The position numbers and the translations under genes are program-made. Source: a virus. Taken from it: 64,000 nucleotides of DNA. Under the pieces are notes generated by a model. It did not search any database. It worked only from the letters and a program-made list of their open reading frames with translations, and was not told the DNA's origin. The first letter of the stretch is position 1. Each line of letters opens with the position of its first letter. The stretch lies in IMG/VR virus record IMGVR_UViG_3300029455_000002, positions 13,617 through 77,616 of that record; one strand, given 5' to 3'. Below, one piece after another: positions 55,083-63,559 of the stretch.

Positions 55083-55784
55083 TTATCTCATTATGTAATT
55101 TTCATATTTTTCTTTGATTTCCCTTGCCCCATTTTTTCTTATCTGAACAACATCCCCGGAATCCATGACAAAATTATCACCTGCCGACTGAATGTGATCC
55201 ATGTTCGCCAGATAGCTCTGATGGCAACGCAAAAATCGCTTATCAGACAGCTTTTCTTCCAGATCGTTCAGCTTGCAAGTGGTCACGAAACATCGGTTAT
55301 CTGTCGCAAAAATATGACAGACCCTTGCCTGGCTTTCAATGTACTCGATTTCATCATATTTGAGCCGGTTAATCTGTCCGCGGAATTTGAACGTCAATGT
55401 TTCATCTTTCATCTGTGACAGAATCTCGTCAATAGCCCGGTATATTCTGCCGTATTCCTTGCCCTTGACCACATACTGCATAGCGCCGACATCGAATGCC
55501 TCTTGCAGATGAGAATCGTCGGCTGTCCAGAATATAATCTTTCCATCATATCCAACATCCCGGAGCTGGTTTGCAATTTCCAGACCATTCTCCTTTTCCA
55601 GAATCATATCCAGTACAATTACATCGTACCATTTACCCTCTTTCACATCTTCAACAAGCGGATAGCCCGCCGAATATTCGCTAATTTCATACCGGTAATC
55701 TCCTTTGCGCCGCAAGAATCCCGATATGTGCTCTTTAAACAAGTCAACTTCAAGCTGATTATCGTCACATATGGCTATTCTCAT
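55083..55784 (-). CDS. LytTR-family response regulator (orphan)
   Basis: Receiver domain MRIAICDDN...VLDMIL; C-terminal LytTR region YIESQARVCHIF...FLRCHQSYLANMDHI; AGGAGG RBS at internal ATG 55784. Confidence 0.85.
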   Translation of the reverse strand: MRIAICDDNQLEVDLFKEHISGFLRRKGDYRYEISEYSAGYPLVEDVKEGKWYDVIVLDMILEKENGLEIANQLRDVGYDGKIIFWTADDSHLQEAFDVGAMQYVVKGKEYGRIYRAIDEILSQMKDETLTFKFRGQINRLKYDEIEYIESQARVCHIFATDNRCFVTTCKLNDLEEKLSDKRFLRCHQSYLANMDHIQSAGDNFVMDSGDVVQIRKNGAREIKEKYENYIMR

Positions 55785-56013
55785 ATGCGCGCCCTCCTTT
55801 CGTGGTCTCAATTTTGTCAAAATACGCAATGATTTTGACAGTACACACATTTTTCTTCCTGTTCGTGGTATTATTGTCCCACAAACAAAGTGTAGCACTT
55901 AAAATTGTTAGTGTAAAGCATTAAAGTTTGACAAAATTCGCAAAATATGGTTTCTGTGTCCGAAAGGATGTGTGGATAGAGAGACTGCCTGTAAGAACGA
56001 CAGGCAAAGAGAA

Positions 56014-56033
56014 AGAGGGGCGGTTGCCCCTCT
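56014..56033 (-). terminator. GC hairpin terminator after 56037..56837
   Basis: AGAGGGGC GGTT GCCCCTCT with T-rich flanks on both strands. Confidence 0.55.
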
Positions 56034-56036
56034 TGT

Positions 56037-56837
56037 TTATTTCGCTAAATACAAAACTGAAACAGTATCTATTTTTACGCACATTCCATTCTCTAACGGT
56101 AGATTTCCAATTTCACTGGAATACAAAGAATTAATGCTTTCTAAGTCAGAACCAAGACTTTCTTTATATTTTTTTGAAGCAACATGGTATTCTTCTGAAT
56201 GTTCGTAATCATCATTCTTATAATCATCGTAGCTGCCATATACGCTGATAATTCCTGCTCCGTCAGTTATTGAAAAGGTGTACTTTCCGGCAGGAATATC
56301 TTCGCCAATAATATAAACACCTGGATTTAGCCTGCCGACATCATCAAGAGAATCGTTTTCCTGAGAATCAGAACCTTCGCTTTCCACATCTTTTAAAACA
56401 GCTTCTTTTAATTTAGTTCCGTCTGAAAGACGCATGATTGATAGCGAATCATCCCAAATTGAGCAAGCCAGAGTATCATTTTTGAAATTCCAAACGTTTG
56501 TTAGAACTACTCCATCATAACCGCTCTTATAGAAATCATCAGTAACATAATCATAATCATACCAATCCTGCTGAGATGCTTCCGACAATACACCGGAAAC
56601 CTTTGAAGCAAATGTGCCAACTTCATCATCTGGCACGTTCTCACTTATAACGATGCTTAGATGCAAGGATTTAGTGTTTTTGTCAATCACACATTCAGAT
56701 GCTTCGACAAACCCATCTTCACCATTGATCTTATTAAGCATTTCATTAATGTTGTCAAAGGAAGTAGCACTGGCATCGACAGGCGAAATGCATAAAAAAG
56801 CACACATCGTTATAATTCCGCAAACTCTCTTTTTCAT
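56037..56837 (-). CDS. secreted acidic protein of unknown function
   Basis: The signal-peptide-like N-terminus MKKRVCGIITMCAFLCISPVDASA. Confidence 0.6.
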   Translation of the reverse strand: MKKRVCGIITMCAFLCISPVDASATSFDNINEMLNKINGEDGFVEASECVIDKNTKSLHLSIVISENVPDDEVGTFASKVSGVLSEASQQDWYDYDYVTDDFYKSGYDGVVLTNVWNFKNDTLACSIWDDSLSIMRLSDGTKLKEAVLKDVESEGSDSQENDSLDDVGRLNPGVYIIGEDIPAGKYTFSITDGAGIISVYGSYDDYKNDDYEHSEEYHVASKKYKESLGSDLESINSLYSSEIGNLPLENGMCVKIDTVSVLYLAK

Positions 56838-56853
56838 AAAACCCTCTTTTCTG

Positions 56854-57102
56854 CTAAAGAAATCTCATATACTGTGCTGCAATAAAAACTACTTCAATAA
56901 TTCCGACAATAATGCCGAACCATGAGCCAATATGCCTGTATTCTTCTTTCTTTGTGCCAATATCTACTAATCCTACAATTGCTCCTGCCAGAGCCAGCGG
57001 AAACGACAGGATAATTGGCAACGGAAGAATGAATGCCACACCTGCCAGAATACAGGAAATGACGCTCAGGGTTGAATCTTTCTTCTTTTCACCTTTGCTC
57101 AT
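56854..57102 (-). CDS. small integral membrane protein
   Basis: Three hydrophobic helices; GGAGGGGA RBS. Confidence 0.55.
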   Translation of the reverse strand: MSKGEKKKDSTLSVISCILAGVAFILPLPIILSFPLALAGAIVGLVDIGTKKEEYRHIGSWFGIIVGIIEVVFIAAQYMRFL

Positions 57103-57563
57103 ATAATCCCCTCCCTTTGTTAAAATTTTACAATATTATACCACCTCATACAAAGTGTGCATAGTAAAATATCAAAAAAAGAGATTATTTTTGCAGAAAA
57201 ACTCCATGATTTTACACTTACCAGAAAAACTACACAAATTCGTGCTATAATGCGTGATATATTTTTAGAAAAGAGTTGGTAGTAATGGAGAAGAACAGAT
57301 ACAGGATAGTCGTATTCATCCTGATATTTTACGAAATATTCTGTGCGGTGCATATACCGTCACATGATATGGCAGAACGCCACCGCAGAGATGCGCAGAT
57401 CACAAAAGAAGCCGTGAAACAAATTTGTCCTGTCCAGATGCAGGAGTCGAGCGAGGTCAAGGAAATTTGCAATGTTACATGTTATATTCGTGAAAACACA
57501 ATTTTCTTCGAGATTGCGAAGTTTGCCTACGAAATAGCAAAAGTCCATGTGTATATTTGGCAG

Positions 57564-57592
57564 TTGCCAAGGGGAAATATCGGTGGTATAAT
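57564..57592 (+). promoter_or_regulatory. promoter
   Basis: TTGCCA, 17-nt spacer, TATAAT, with an upstream TGn. Confidence 0.55.
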
Positions 57593-57679
57593 GGGTAAAA
57601 CGAACTGATGTTCGGTTCTATATCTCACAAGCCGGGCATATACTGTTATCAGGAGACTGCTGATCGGAGGTATGATTGT

Positions 57680-57844
57680 ATGGACTACAGGAAAGAGGAT
57701 ATTGAAAAATATCGCAGTAACATATACGATATGATTAGGGAAATAAAGAATGCAAAGATTTTATACTGCATTATGGGATTCGTTGAAGATATAGCAGAAG
57801 AGGATAAGGAGGTATTTAATCATGAGCAGACGTCTGGACACTAG
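57680..57844 (+). CDS. small hypothetical protein
   Basis: Internal ATG with a GGAGG RBS. Confidence 0.4.
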   Translation: MDYRKEDIEKYRSNIYDMIREIKNAKILYCIMGFVEDIAEEDKEVFNHEQTSGH

Positions 57845-58085
57845 CAAAGAAGCGTTAGAAAAATTAGGAATCAAATTAACGGATGAGCAGTATCACAATT
57901 TATGCATGGTTAGTTTGGGGAGCATGGCAGAACATAAAAATATTCCTGTTTTCACAATACTGTTAGTTCTTAAACATTTGGGGATTTTGCCAAAAGAATT
58001 GACATGTAATAATGGCATTGAAAATATCGAGGAAGGCCCTCAGGAGTGGTGCAATAGAATGTACGGAGAAATGAAAGAGGAGTGA
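57822..58085 (+). CDS. hypothetical protein
   Basis: AAGGAGG RBS; 87 aa. Confidence 0.5.
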   Translation: MSRRLDTSKEALEKLGIKLTDEQYHNLCMVSLGSMAEHKNIPVFTILLVLKHLGILPKELTCNNGIENIEEGPQEWCNRMYGEMKEE

Positions 58086-58099
58086 TTACTCCTCTTTTT

Positions 58100-58312
58100 T
58101 TATTTTCGAATTTCCTTTAATCCCTTTGCGGTAATGGTGGCAGTGCCTAAAAACATTGTGACATATCCAATATTCTCTAGTGCTTTGTAAACAGGAACGA
58201 GCATAGAATTATCTTTCACACCCAATTCTTTAGACACTTCTGTTAAATCTGCTGTATAGGCAGAATTAGCGCACTTCAATATAGCTTCTAATACAATTTC
58301 TTTTGTCAACAT
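58100..58312 (-). CDS. hypothetical protein downstream of the repressor
   Basis: 70-aa ORF, co-oriented with the repressor. Confidence 0.5.
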   Translation of the reverse strand: MLTKEIVLEAILKCANSAYTADLTEVSKELGVKDNSMLVPVYKALENIGYVTMFLGTATITAKGLKEIRK

Positions 58313-58323
58313 ACTGTTCTCCT

Positions 58324-58671
58324 TTATTCACTTAATAAATCTATAAGTTCAGAAACATGTTTCTTTTTCTTTTCAGATAAATCAAGATATTTCAGAACCA
58401 TATTATAAAACTCGGTATTATTTCGTAATTCTTTATTTAATTTTCTCAGCCTGTTATCGGTATAAATATCTTCTTCTGGCTCTTTCCCCGTCATCAGATA
58501 ATCTACAGATACATGGAAGAAATCTGCGATTTTTTGGAGCTTATCTTGTTTTGGCACGCTCCTTCCTTTTTTCCAATCAGAAAAAGTAGACGCTGGTATA
58601 CCAGTTGCTTTAGATACATCTATTGCTTTCTTATTATTTTCATCTAATAAATTCGCAAAAATCTCATACAT
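58324..58671 (-). CDS. XRE/cI-type repressor
   Basis: AIDVSKATGIPASTFSDWKKGRSVPKQDKLQKIADFFHVSVDYL HTH; divergent from the cro-like gene. Confidence 0.8.
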   Translation of the reverse strand: MYEIFANLLDENNKKAIDVSKATGIPASTFSDWKKGRSVPKQDKLQKIADFFHVSVDYLMTGKEPEEDIYTDNRLRKLNKELRNNTEFYNMVLKYLDLSEKKKKHVSELIDLLSE

Positions 58672-58693
58672 AATATTCCTTTCCGAAAAAGTT

Positions 58694-58839
58694 AGGATTT
58701 CCGAAATTTGCCTATTGACAATTTAGGATAACCGAAATATAATGTATTTGTGATTAAGGAAATCCGAAAAAAGGCAAAAAAAATCCCTATCGCTTTTTCA
58801 TAATATCTTTGTGGTTATTGATATTATATCGGATTTCCT
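58694..58839. promoter_or_regulatory. genetic switch: AGGAwwwCCGAAA operators and a consensus rightward promoter
   Basis: Operators at 58694, 58725 and 58757, plus an inverted copy at about 58829. TTGACA (58715-58720), 17-nt spacer, TATAAT (58738-58743), with operator 2 in the spacer. Confidence 0.7.
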
Positions 58840-58907
58840 TAATAAAAGCAACATATTTATGAATTTCAAAATGAAATTTTAGCTTGTTTAGGAAAGGAGG
58901 ATTTTCA

Positions 58908-59096
58908 TTGTACGAAAAATTTGAACAGCTTATTGCAAAAAGGGGAATTACTACCTACAGAGTCGCAAAAGACACTGGGATTGCACCAACTGTATTTTCT
59001 GATTGGAAAGCTGGAAAAAGCAAACCTAAAGTTGACAAGCTTATGCTTCTGGCAAAGTACTTCAATGTTTCTGTTGAATACTTTCTGGAAAGTTGA
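58908..59096 (+). CDS. Cro-like XRE HTH protein
   Basis: TTG start with an AAGGAGG RBS; ITTYRVAKDTGIAPTVFSDWKAGKSKP. Confidence 0.75.
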   Translation: MYEKFEQLIAKRGITTYRVAKDTGIAPTVFSDWKAGKSKPKVDKLMLLAKYFNVSVEYFLES

Positions 59097-59129
59097 AAAA
59101 TCTTTAAAAATGACTAAGAAAGGAGAAAT

Positions 59130-59834
59130 ATGAACAATTTAACGGTAACAGAGTACAAGAACATTCGAGTTCTCACTACACAGCAGATCGCAGAAGCATA
59201 TGAAACCGATGCAAGAATTATTTCAAACAATTTCAATAGAAACAAAGAAAGATATGTCGAAGGAAAACATTTTGTATGTCTTGATGGTGAAGAATTAAAG
59301 GAATTTAAAACGAATCATCATTTTGATGAATCGTCAAGAATCAATAAACTCTACCTCTGGACAGAAAAAGGAGCATTCCTCCACGCAAAGTCACTGAACA
59401 CTGACAAGGCGTGGGAAGTGTATGACAGACTGGTGGATGAGTATTTCGAGAAAGATTCCAGAAAACCGATGACCGTAGCAGAACAGATTAAGTTACTGGC
59501 TCAGGGCAATCAAGACCATGAGGAGCGAATCGAGAAACTTGAGAATACAATGACCATCGACTACGGACAGCAGAAATATCTTGGAGATTTAGTTTCCAGA
59601 GTAGTAATCGAAGTGCTAGGTGGCAAGAAATCCAATGCTTACGACGAGATCGGGAAGAAAGTATTTGCAGAATGCAACCGGGATGTCAAAACTTACTTTG
59701 ATGTAAATGCCCGGAATAACATTCCAAAACTGAGGTATCAGGAAGCAGTTGAATATATCAAGGAATGGGAACCTTGCACGAATACCAAAATGCTAATTCG
59801 TGACTGCAACGCGCAAGAAAGATTAGCTGAGTAG
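59130..59834 (+). CDS. antirepressor-like protein (ORF6N plus ORF6C domains)
   Basis: IRVLTTQQIAEAYETDARIISNNFNRNKERYVEGKHF; C-terminal IDYGQQKYL...NIPKLRYQEAVEYI. Confidence 0.7.
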   Translation: MNNLTVTEYKNIRVLTTQQIAEAYETDARIISNNFNRNKERYVEGKHFVCLDGEELKEFKTNHHFDESSRINKLYLWTEKGAFLHAKSLNTDKAWEVYDRLVDEYFEKDSRKPMTVAEQIKLLAQGNQDHEERIEKLENTMTIDYGQQKYLGDLVSRVVIEVLGGKKSNAYDEIGKKVFAECNRDVKTYFDVNARNNIPKLRYQEAVEYIKEWEPCTNTKMLIRDCNAQERLAE

Positions 59835-59845
59835 GAGGAAAACAA

Positions 59846-60100
59846 ATGAAAAATATTGATAGCCGATTACACATACCTGGTGACAATGATGAAATCTTTC
59901 ATTCTATTATCGGTTTTAAACTTGTCGATATATCAGCAAGCACAAGTGGAAGTCCAGAAGAACCGACACTTTCATTGAAGTTTACGAATGAACACCATGT
60001 TGAGATTGATGTCATTATTCAAGAATCTGGAGTGTTTGTCACCGAACCATTTGCAGTAAAAGAAGATTTAACTGTTGTCGAAAAGGCAGATGGTGATTGA
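59846..60100 (+). CDS. hypothetical protein
   Basis: AGGAGGAA RBS; 84 aa. Confidence 0.55.
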   Translation: MKNIDSRLHIPGDNDEIFHSIIGFKLVDISASTSGSPEEPTLSLKFTNEHHVEIDVIIQESGVFVTEPFAVKEDLTVVEKADGD

Positions 60101-60113
60101 GAAAGGAGAAGCA

Positions 60114-60500
60114 ATGGCATTTAAAGATGTTTCTAATTATTCAAACGAGGAAATCTGCGAGATGATTGACAACTTAAATAATTGGAATTGGGACGAACGA
60201 TTAGGGGAAAAGCCAGATGGATTCGACCAGATGCCATGGTACAACGTTCACTGGTGGCACAGGCTGATAAAGAGAAAGACAAGGCAAGATTACATACAGC
60301 CTGCTATGGGTTATTTACAACAGCGGGTAACAATGAAAGAATTTTATTTCTTTATAAATGTAACTCACAGCAAGCGTATGACATCAGAACAGTTTGAAAA
60401 ATGGTGGGAAAAAGAAAAAAACTTCTTGTGGTTCGCTTTTCCTCATTGCTACCAAAAGGGCAATGACAGCTATGAGTGTCGTGATCACGTATGGTATTAG
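60114..60500 (+). CDS. hypothetical protein
   Basis: Internal ATG with a GAAAGGAG RBS. Confidence 0.5.
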   Translation: MAFKDVSNYSNEEICEMIDNLNNWNWDERLGEKPDGFDQMPWYNVHWWHRLIKRKTRQDYIQPAMGYLQQRVTMKEFYFFINVTHSKRMTSEQFEKWWEKEKNFLWFAFPHCYQKGNDSYECRDHVWY

Positions 60501-60761
60501 GAACATCCAGAAATCGCGCTTTTCTGTATATATCAATCCTGCACCATCAAGTGTGATTGAATATCCGTCATAGACAGGCTCGTTAAGTTCCCCGATGCAG
60601 CCACATTTATGGGGTTCAATTAATCCATGATCGAGCAAATAAGAAGCGTATTGATTTCCCGTTTCATCGGATGTGTGGCAGATTCTATGACACTCATCAA
60701 AAGTTAGAAACTGTTTCTTATAAAGCTTTTTTAATAATTTATGAGCTGTTTTTTCTAACAC
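60384..60761 (-). CDS. hypothetical protein with a C-terminal TM helix
   Basis: GTG start with an AGGAG RBS; convergent 117-nt overlap with 60114..60500. Confidence 0.4.
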   Translation of the reverse strand: MLEKTAHKLLKKLYKKQFLTFDECHRICHTSDETGNQYASYLLDHGLIEPHKCGCIGELNEPVYDGYSITLDGAGLIYTEKRDFWMFLIPYVITTLIAVIALLVAMRKSEPQEVFFFFPPFFKLF

Positions 60762-60847
60762 GCATTTTCTCCTTTCATAAGGAGTATAGCACAGAAAGGA
60801 ATGAAACGGAATAGAGTTATTCCAGTGATTAAACAGGAGGTTACAGG

Positions 60848-60994
60848 ATGAACAAAAAAGAATTTGATGAATTTGAGAATATGACATTAGAGGAAAAGAA
60901 AAATAAGATTATCGAAATAATTCGTAAGATTCCAGACGAATCTCCAATTCACAAGGCGTTGTACGAATTTATAAAAGAGGTAACACGTACATGA
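60848..60994 (+). CDS. small hypothetical protein (48 aa)
   Basis: GGAGGT RBS; manual ORF. Confidence 0.4.
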   Translation: MNKKEFDEFENMTLEEKKNKIIEIIRKIPDESPIHKALYEFIKEVTRT

Positions 60995-61110
60995 GTCAGC
61001 CAAACGACTTCAAGCACTTCACCGGAAAGAAAGCCTCATTCAAAACGCAGAAGCGGAAGAAAAAGGTGAAAGCAAAAAGAGTGCACAGAAATAAATACGA
61101 AAGGAGATGA
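60991..61110 (+). CDS. very basic 39-aa peptide
   Basis: ATGA-coupled; Lys/Arg-rich. Confidence 0.25.
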   Translation: MSQPNDFKHFTGKKASFKTQKRKKKVKAKRVHRNKYERR

Positions 61111-61114
61111 GAAT

Positions 61115-61333
61115 ATGAAGATTGCCGATGAAACAATTATCAAGTTTAAAAACGGAGAGACGCTGCGTGTCCCGGCAGAGGTGTATGAAAAAATTAATTT
61201 CGACAAACAGTCAATTGTTGAATGCGGATGGAATGAAAACGGAATTAATAGCAAAATTCAGTTTTCCCTTAAGGATGTGCTCTATATTGGCAGAACAGCA
61301 AAGAGCACATCCAAGGAAAAGTCTAACGATTAA
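61115..61333 (+). CDS. hypothetical protein
   Basis: AAAGGAGATGAG RBS; 72 aa. Confidence 0.5.
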   Translation: MKIADETIIKFKNGETLRVPAEVYEKINFDKQSIVECGWNENGINSKIQFSLKDVLYIGRTAKSTSKEKSND

Positions 61334-61542
61334 AAGTAGCGCTGAGATGGAGAACAATTATTTACTTTCTCTTTATCCAGTTCATTGAGAAAGTAATCTT
61401 CATCGTGGGAATCCAGAAGGTAGGCAAATTCTGCGCGGTATTTGAAGTATCTCTGGCAGATATGAGAGTTGTCCAGGCTTCCCGGTAATTCAGCACATAA
61501 CTTAGCAACAGCCAAATCATGAGCGATTTGTAACTTATCCAT
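61330..61542 (-). CDS. hypothetical protein
   Basis: Internal ATG with an AAGGAGGTG RBS. Confidence 0.5.
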   Translation of the reverse strand: MDKLQIAHDLAVAKLCAELPGSLDNSHICQRYFKYRAEFAYLLDSHDEDYFLNELDKEKVNNCSPSQRYF

Positions 61543-61588
61543 CGTTATCACCTCCTTTGAGGTGATTATAACACAAGAAAGGAAATAC

Positions 61589-61972
61589 ATGAGAAAAAGA
61601 ATAGCAGCAATTTTGTTATCTGGAATTATAGCATTTGGATTAGCTGGTTGCACGACAGCGGACACAGTAAATCATAATTTATCAAAAGAAGCCAATGAGT
61701 TTAATGTGTACAGAAAAATTACTGTAACTAATGCCAGAACTGACACAATTATGTTACGGGCAGAAGGGTATATGTCACTTAGCAACAACAGTTCAAGCGA
61801 ATTGGTGGTAACAATCAAAACCGGAGAGAACAGTTACTACAAGGATTACATATACTTGAACGATTGGACTTGCTATGTAATGGAACAGACGGAACCTAAC
61901 AGCGCAGATAAATACCATTATGAATTAGTTTTCTATCCCGAGAGATTAATCCCAGATGTACAAATTAAATAG
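61589..61972 (+). CDS. lipoprotein (possible superinfection-exclusion type)
   Basis: The signal peptide plus lipobox AFGLAGC. Confidence 0.6.
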   Translation: MRKRIAAILLSGIIAFGLAGCTTADTVNHNLSKEANEFNVYRKITVTNARTDTIMLRAEGYMSLSNNSSSELVVTIKTGENSYYKDYIYLNDWTCYVMEQTEPNSADKYHYELVFYPERLIPDVQIK

Positions 61973-61999
61973 GTAGTTAGAAATGCAGGAGGTTACAGG

Positions 62000-62170
62000 A
62001 TGAATATCCTAAATGCTATTCCCATGTCAGCTATGTTAGCCATTTGCAGTTGCGTTTCTTACTGGCACGGGAACAACAAATATGGCGGAAGAAAGATAGG
62101 GCTGACTTACACAATCATACTTGGAATTGCTGCCATGATTCTTTCAATTGCGAAGCCAATATTTGTGTGA
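62000..62170 (+). CDS. small membrane protein (56 aa)
   Basis: CAGGAGGT RBS; two hydrophobic helices. Confidence 0.45.
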   Translation: MNILNAIPMSAMLAICSCVSYWHGNNKYGGRKIGLTYTIILGIAAMILSIAKPIFV

Positions 62171-62185
62171 ATGAGGAGGCGAAAA

Positions 62186-62443
62186 GTGAAAGCATTAAAG
62201 GAAATTTTAAAAAGAATATTCAAACCGCAGATTGTGAGAATCCCAGATAAAACAAGGGTAATATGTTTTTCAAAAAATGGAGAAAAGTATTTGAAAGTAT
62301 TCAATACCGAAAGCGGTGCAAACATCTGCTTCCAGGTGGAATCCATTGATTATGCAAACAGTGATTTAAAGAATGAATATCACCCAGAAACGATGTTCGC
62401 AGATATTGAAAGTGATCAAAGTGTTACGATTTTAAACCAGTAG
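62186..62443 (+). CDS. hypothetical protein
   Basis: GTG start with a GAGGAGG RBS. Confidence 0.45.
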   Translation: MKALKEILKRIFKPQIVRIPDKTRVICFSKNGEKYLKVFNTESGANICFQVESIDYANSDLKNEYHPETMFADIESDQSVTILNQ

Positions 62444-62688
62444 GTATAATCGTTGCATTTTGAACACTTAGGGATGGACTTACCAGATTTTACAGTTCTT
62501 TTGGAATTGCAATTACAGCAAGCGACAACAGTAGTTTCGGATACTTTTTCACCAGAGCGGTAAAAACCATCCATGTAAGGAAGCAATATCAAATTCTTAT
62601 CTCCTTTCAAGTTACTCGGCATGTCGGTGCCTGTAAGAACATTATAAGGAGATACAGAATAAAACTCAATATCATATCGGAGGGACAT
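62416..62688 (-). CDS. possible zinc-ribbon protein
   Basis: CCNCNS...CSKCN pairs, but no RBS seen. Confidence 0.3.
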   Translation of the reverse strand: MSLRYDIEFYSVSPYNVLTGTDMPSNLKGDKNLILLPYMDGFYRSGEKVSETTVVACCNCNSKRTVKSGKSIPKCSKCNDYTYWFKIVTL

Positions 62689-62691
62689 AAA

Positions 62692-62865
62692 ATGGCAAAA
62701 TCATTAATCCTGTCAGCTCTGATCGGCGGTATGTCACCGTACTTGCCGTTCTGGAGATTTGACAGTGCATCACAGCCGGTTGCAGTAGCAATCGTAATAT
62801 TCGCATTATCATTCGTGGTTATCTACCCGGATGAAATTAAAAGAATCGGAGGAAAAGAAAGATGA
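62692..62865 (+). CDS. small membrane protein (57 aa)
   Basis: Manual ORF; ATGA-coupled to the next gene. Confidence 0.4.
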   Translation: MAKSLILSALIGGMSPYLPFWRFDSASQPVAVAIVIFALSFVVIYPDEIKRIGGKER

Positions 62866-63125
62866 TTAAGGCAAAAGAAGGAGCAGTTTCCGTTAAAGGA
62901 ACTTCAGTTGAATTACTGGCGGATTTATCAACTGCTGTTCGTGCAGTGAAAGAAACCCTTATGGAGAAAGAAAAAGAGGAATTTGTAAAAAAACAGATTG
63001 ACTATGCTGTAAAAATCGGCTTAATGAATGACAGCGAGTTCGAAAAGGAAGCGAAGAAAACGAAGAAAGCTGTATCAACGTTTATTAATGAATTACTTGG
63101 AGGGATTTTTAATGAAGATGAATGA
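62862..63125 (+). CDS. hypothetical protein
   Basis: GGAGGAAAAG RBS; 87 aa. Confidence 0.55.
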   Translation: MIKAKEGAVSVKGTSVELLADLSTAVRAVKETLMEKEKEEFVKKQIDYAVKIGLMNDSEFEKEAKKTKKAVSTFINELLGGIFNEDE

Positions 63126-63396
63126 ATTTGATAAGACCGTAGATGAGCTGTACCAGTTATGCAGACGGGTTCAGAAAGAAACCGGCAGAACGGTAGCATT
63201 TCATTTCGCAAACTACAAGATCGGATGCAGCCTACACATCAATATATATAAGAAAGAGTCGTTAAGAGAGTTTGATATGTATAGCATTGCAGAGGGCGGT
63301 TATCAGCAGGAAGAGAATGTAAAGAAAGTAACTGACCATTTAAACAAAATTTTGATGGATAACAAATGTCCGTATTGTGATGGAGAAAGAAAATAA
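63112..63396 (+). CDS. hypothetical protein with a C-terminal CPYC
   Basis: Internal ATG with a GGAGGG RBS. Confidence 0.5.
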   Translation: MKMNEFDKTVDELYQLCRRVQKETGRTVAFHFANYKIGCSLHINIYKKESLREFDMYSIAEGGYQQEENVKKVTDHLNKILMDNKCPYCDGERK

Positions 63397-63397
63397 G

Positions 63398-63559
63398 ATG
63401 GATTTCAGAGCAGAGACCGTAGCCGAGGAATACGCTGAGCTTGTCGGTAGGATGAAAGCGTTTGAAGCGTATCTAAACACTACCGAAACAGATACGTATT
63501 TAAAGAAAGAAGTTTGTGCAGCTATGCTCGGACTGAATTTGGAGGACAAGGAAAAATGA
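63398..63559 (+). CDS. small hypothetical protein
   Basis: Internal ATG just after the upstream stop. Confidence 0.45.
   Translation: MDFRAETVAEEYAELVGRMKAFEAYLNTTETDTYLKKEVCAAMLGLNLEDKEK

Noticed and set aside
57120-57608. ORFs 57276..57608(+) and 57120..57353(-)
   Set aside because: They have no RBS and poor composition. The + strand ORF contains a consensus promoter (57564-57592) near its 3' end, so the region is more likely regulatory.
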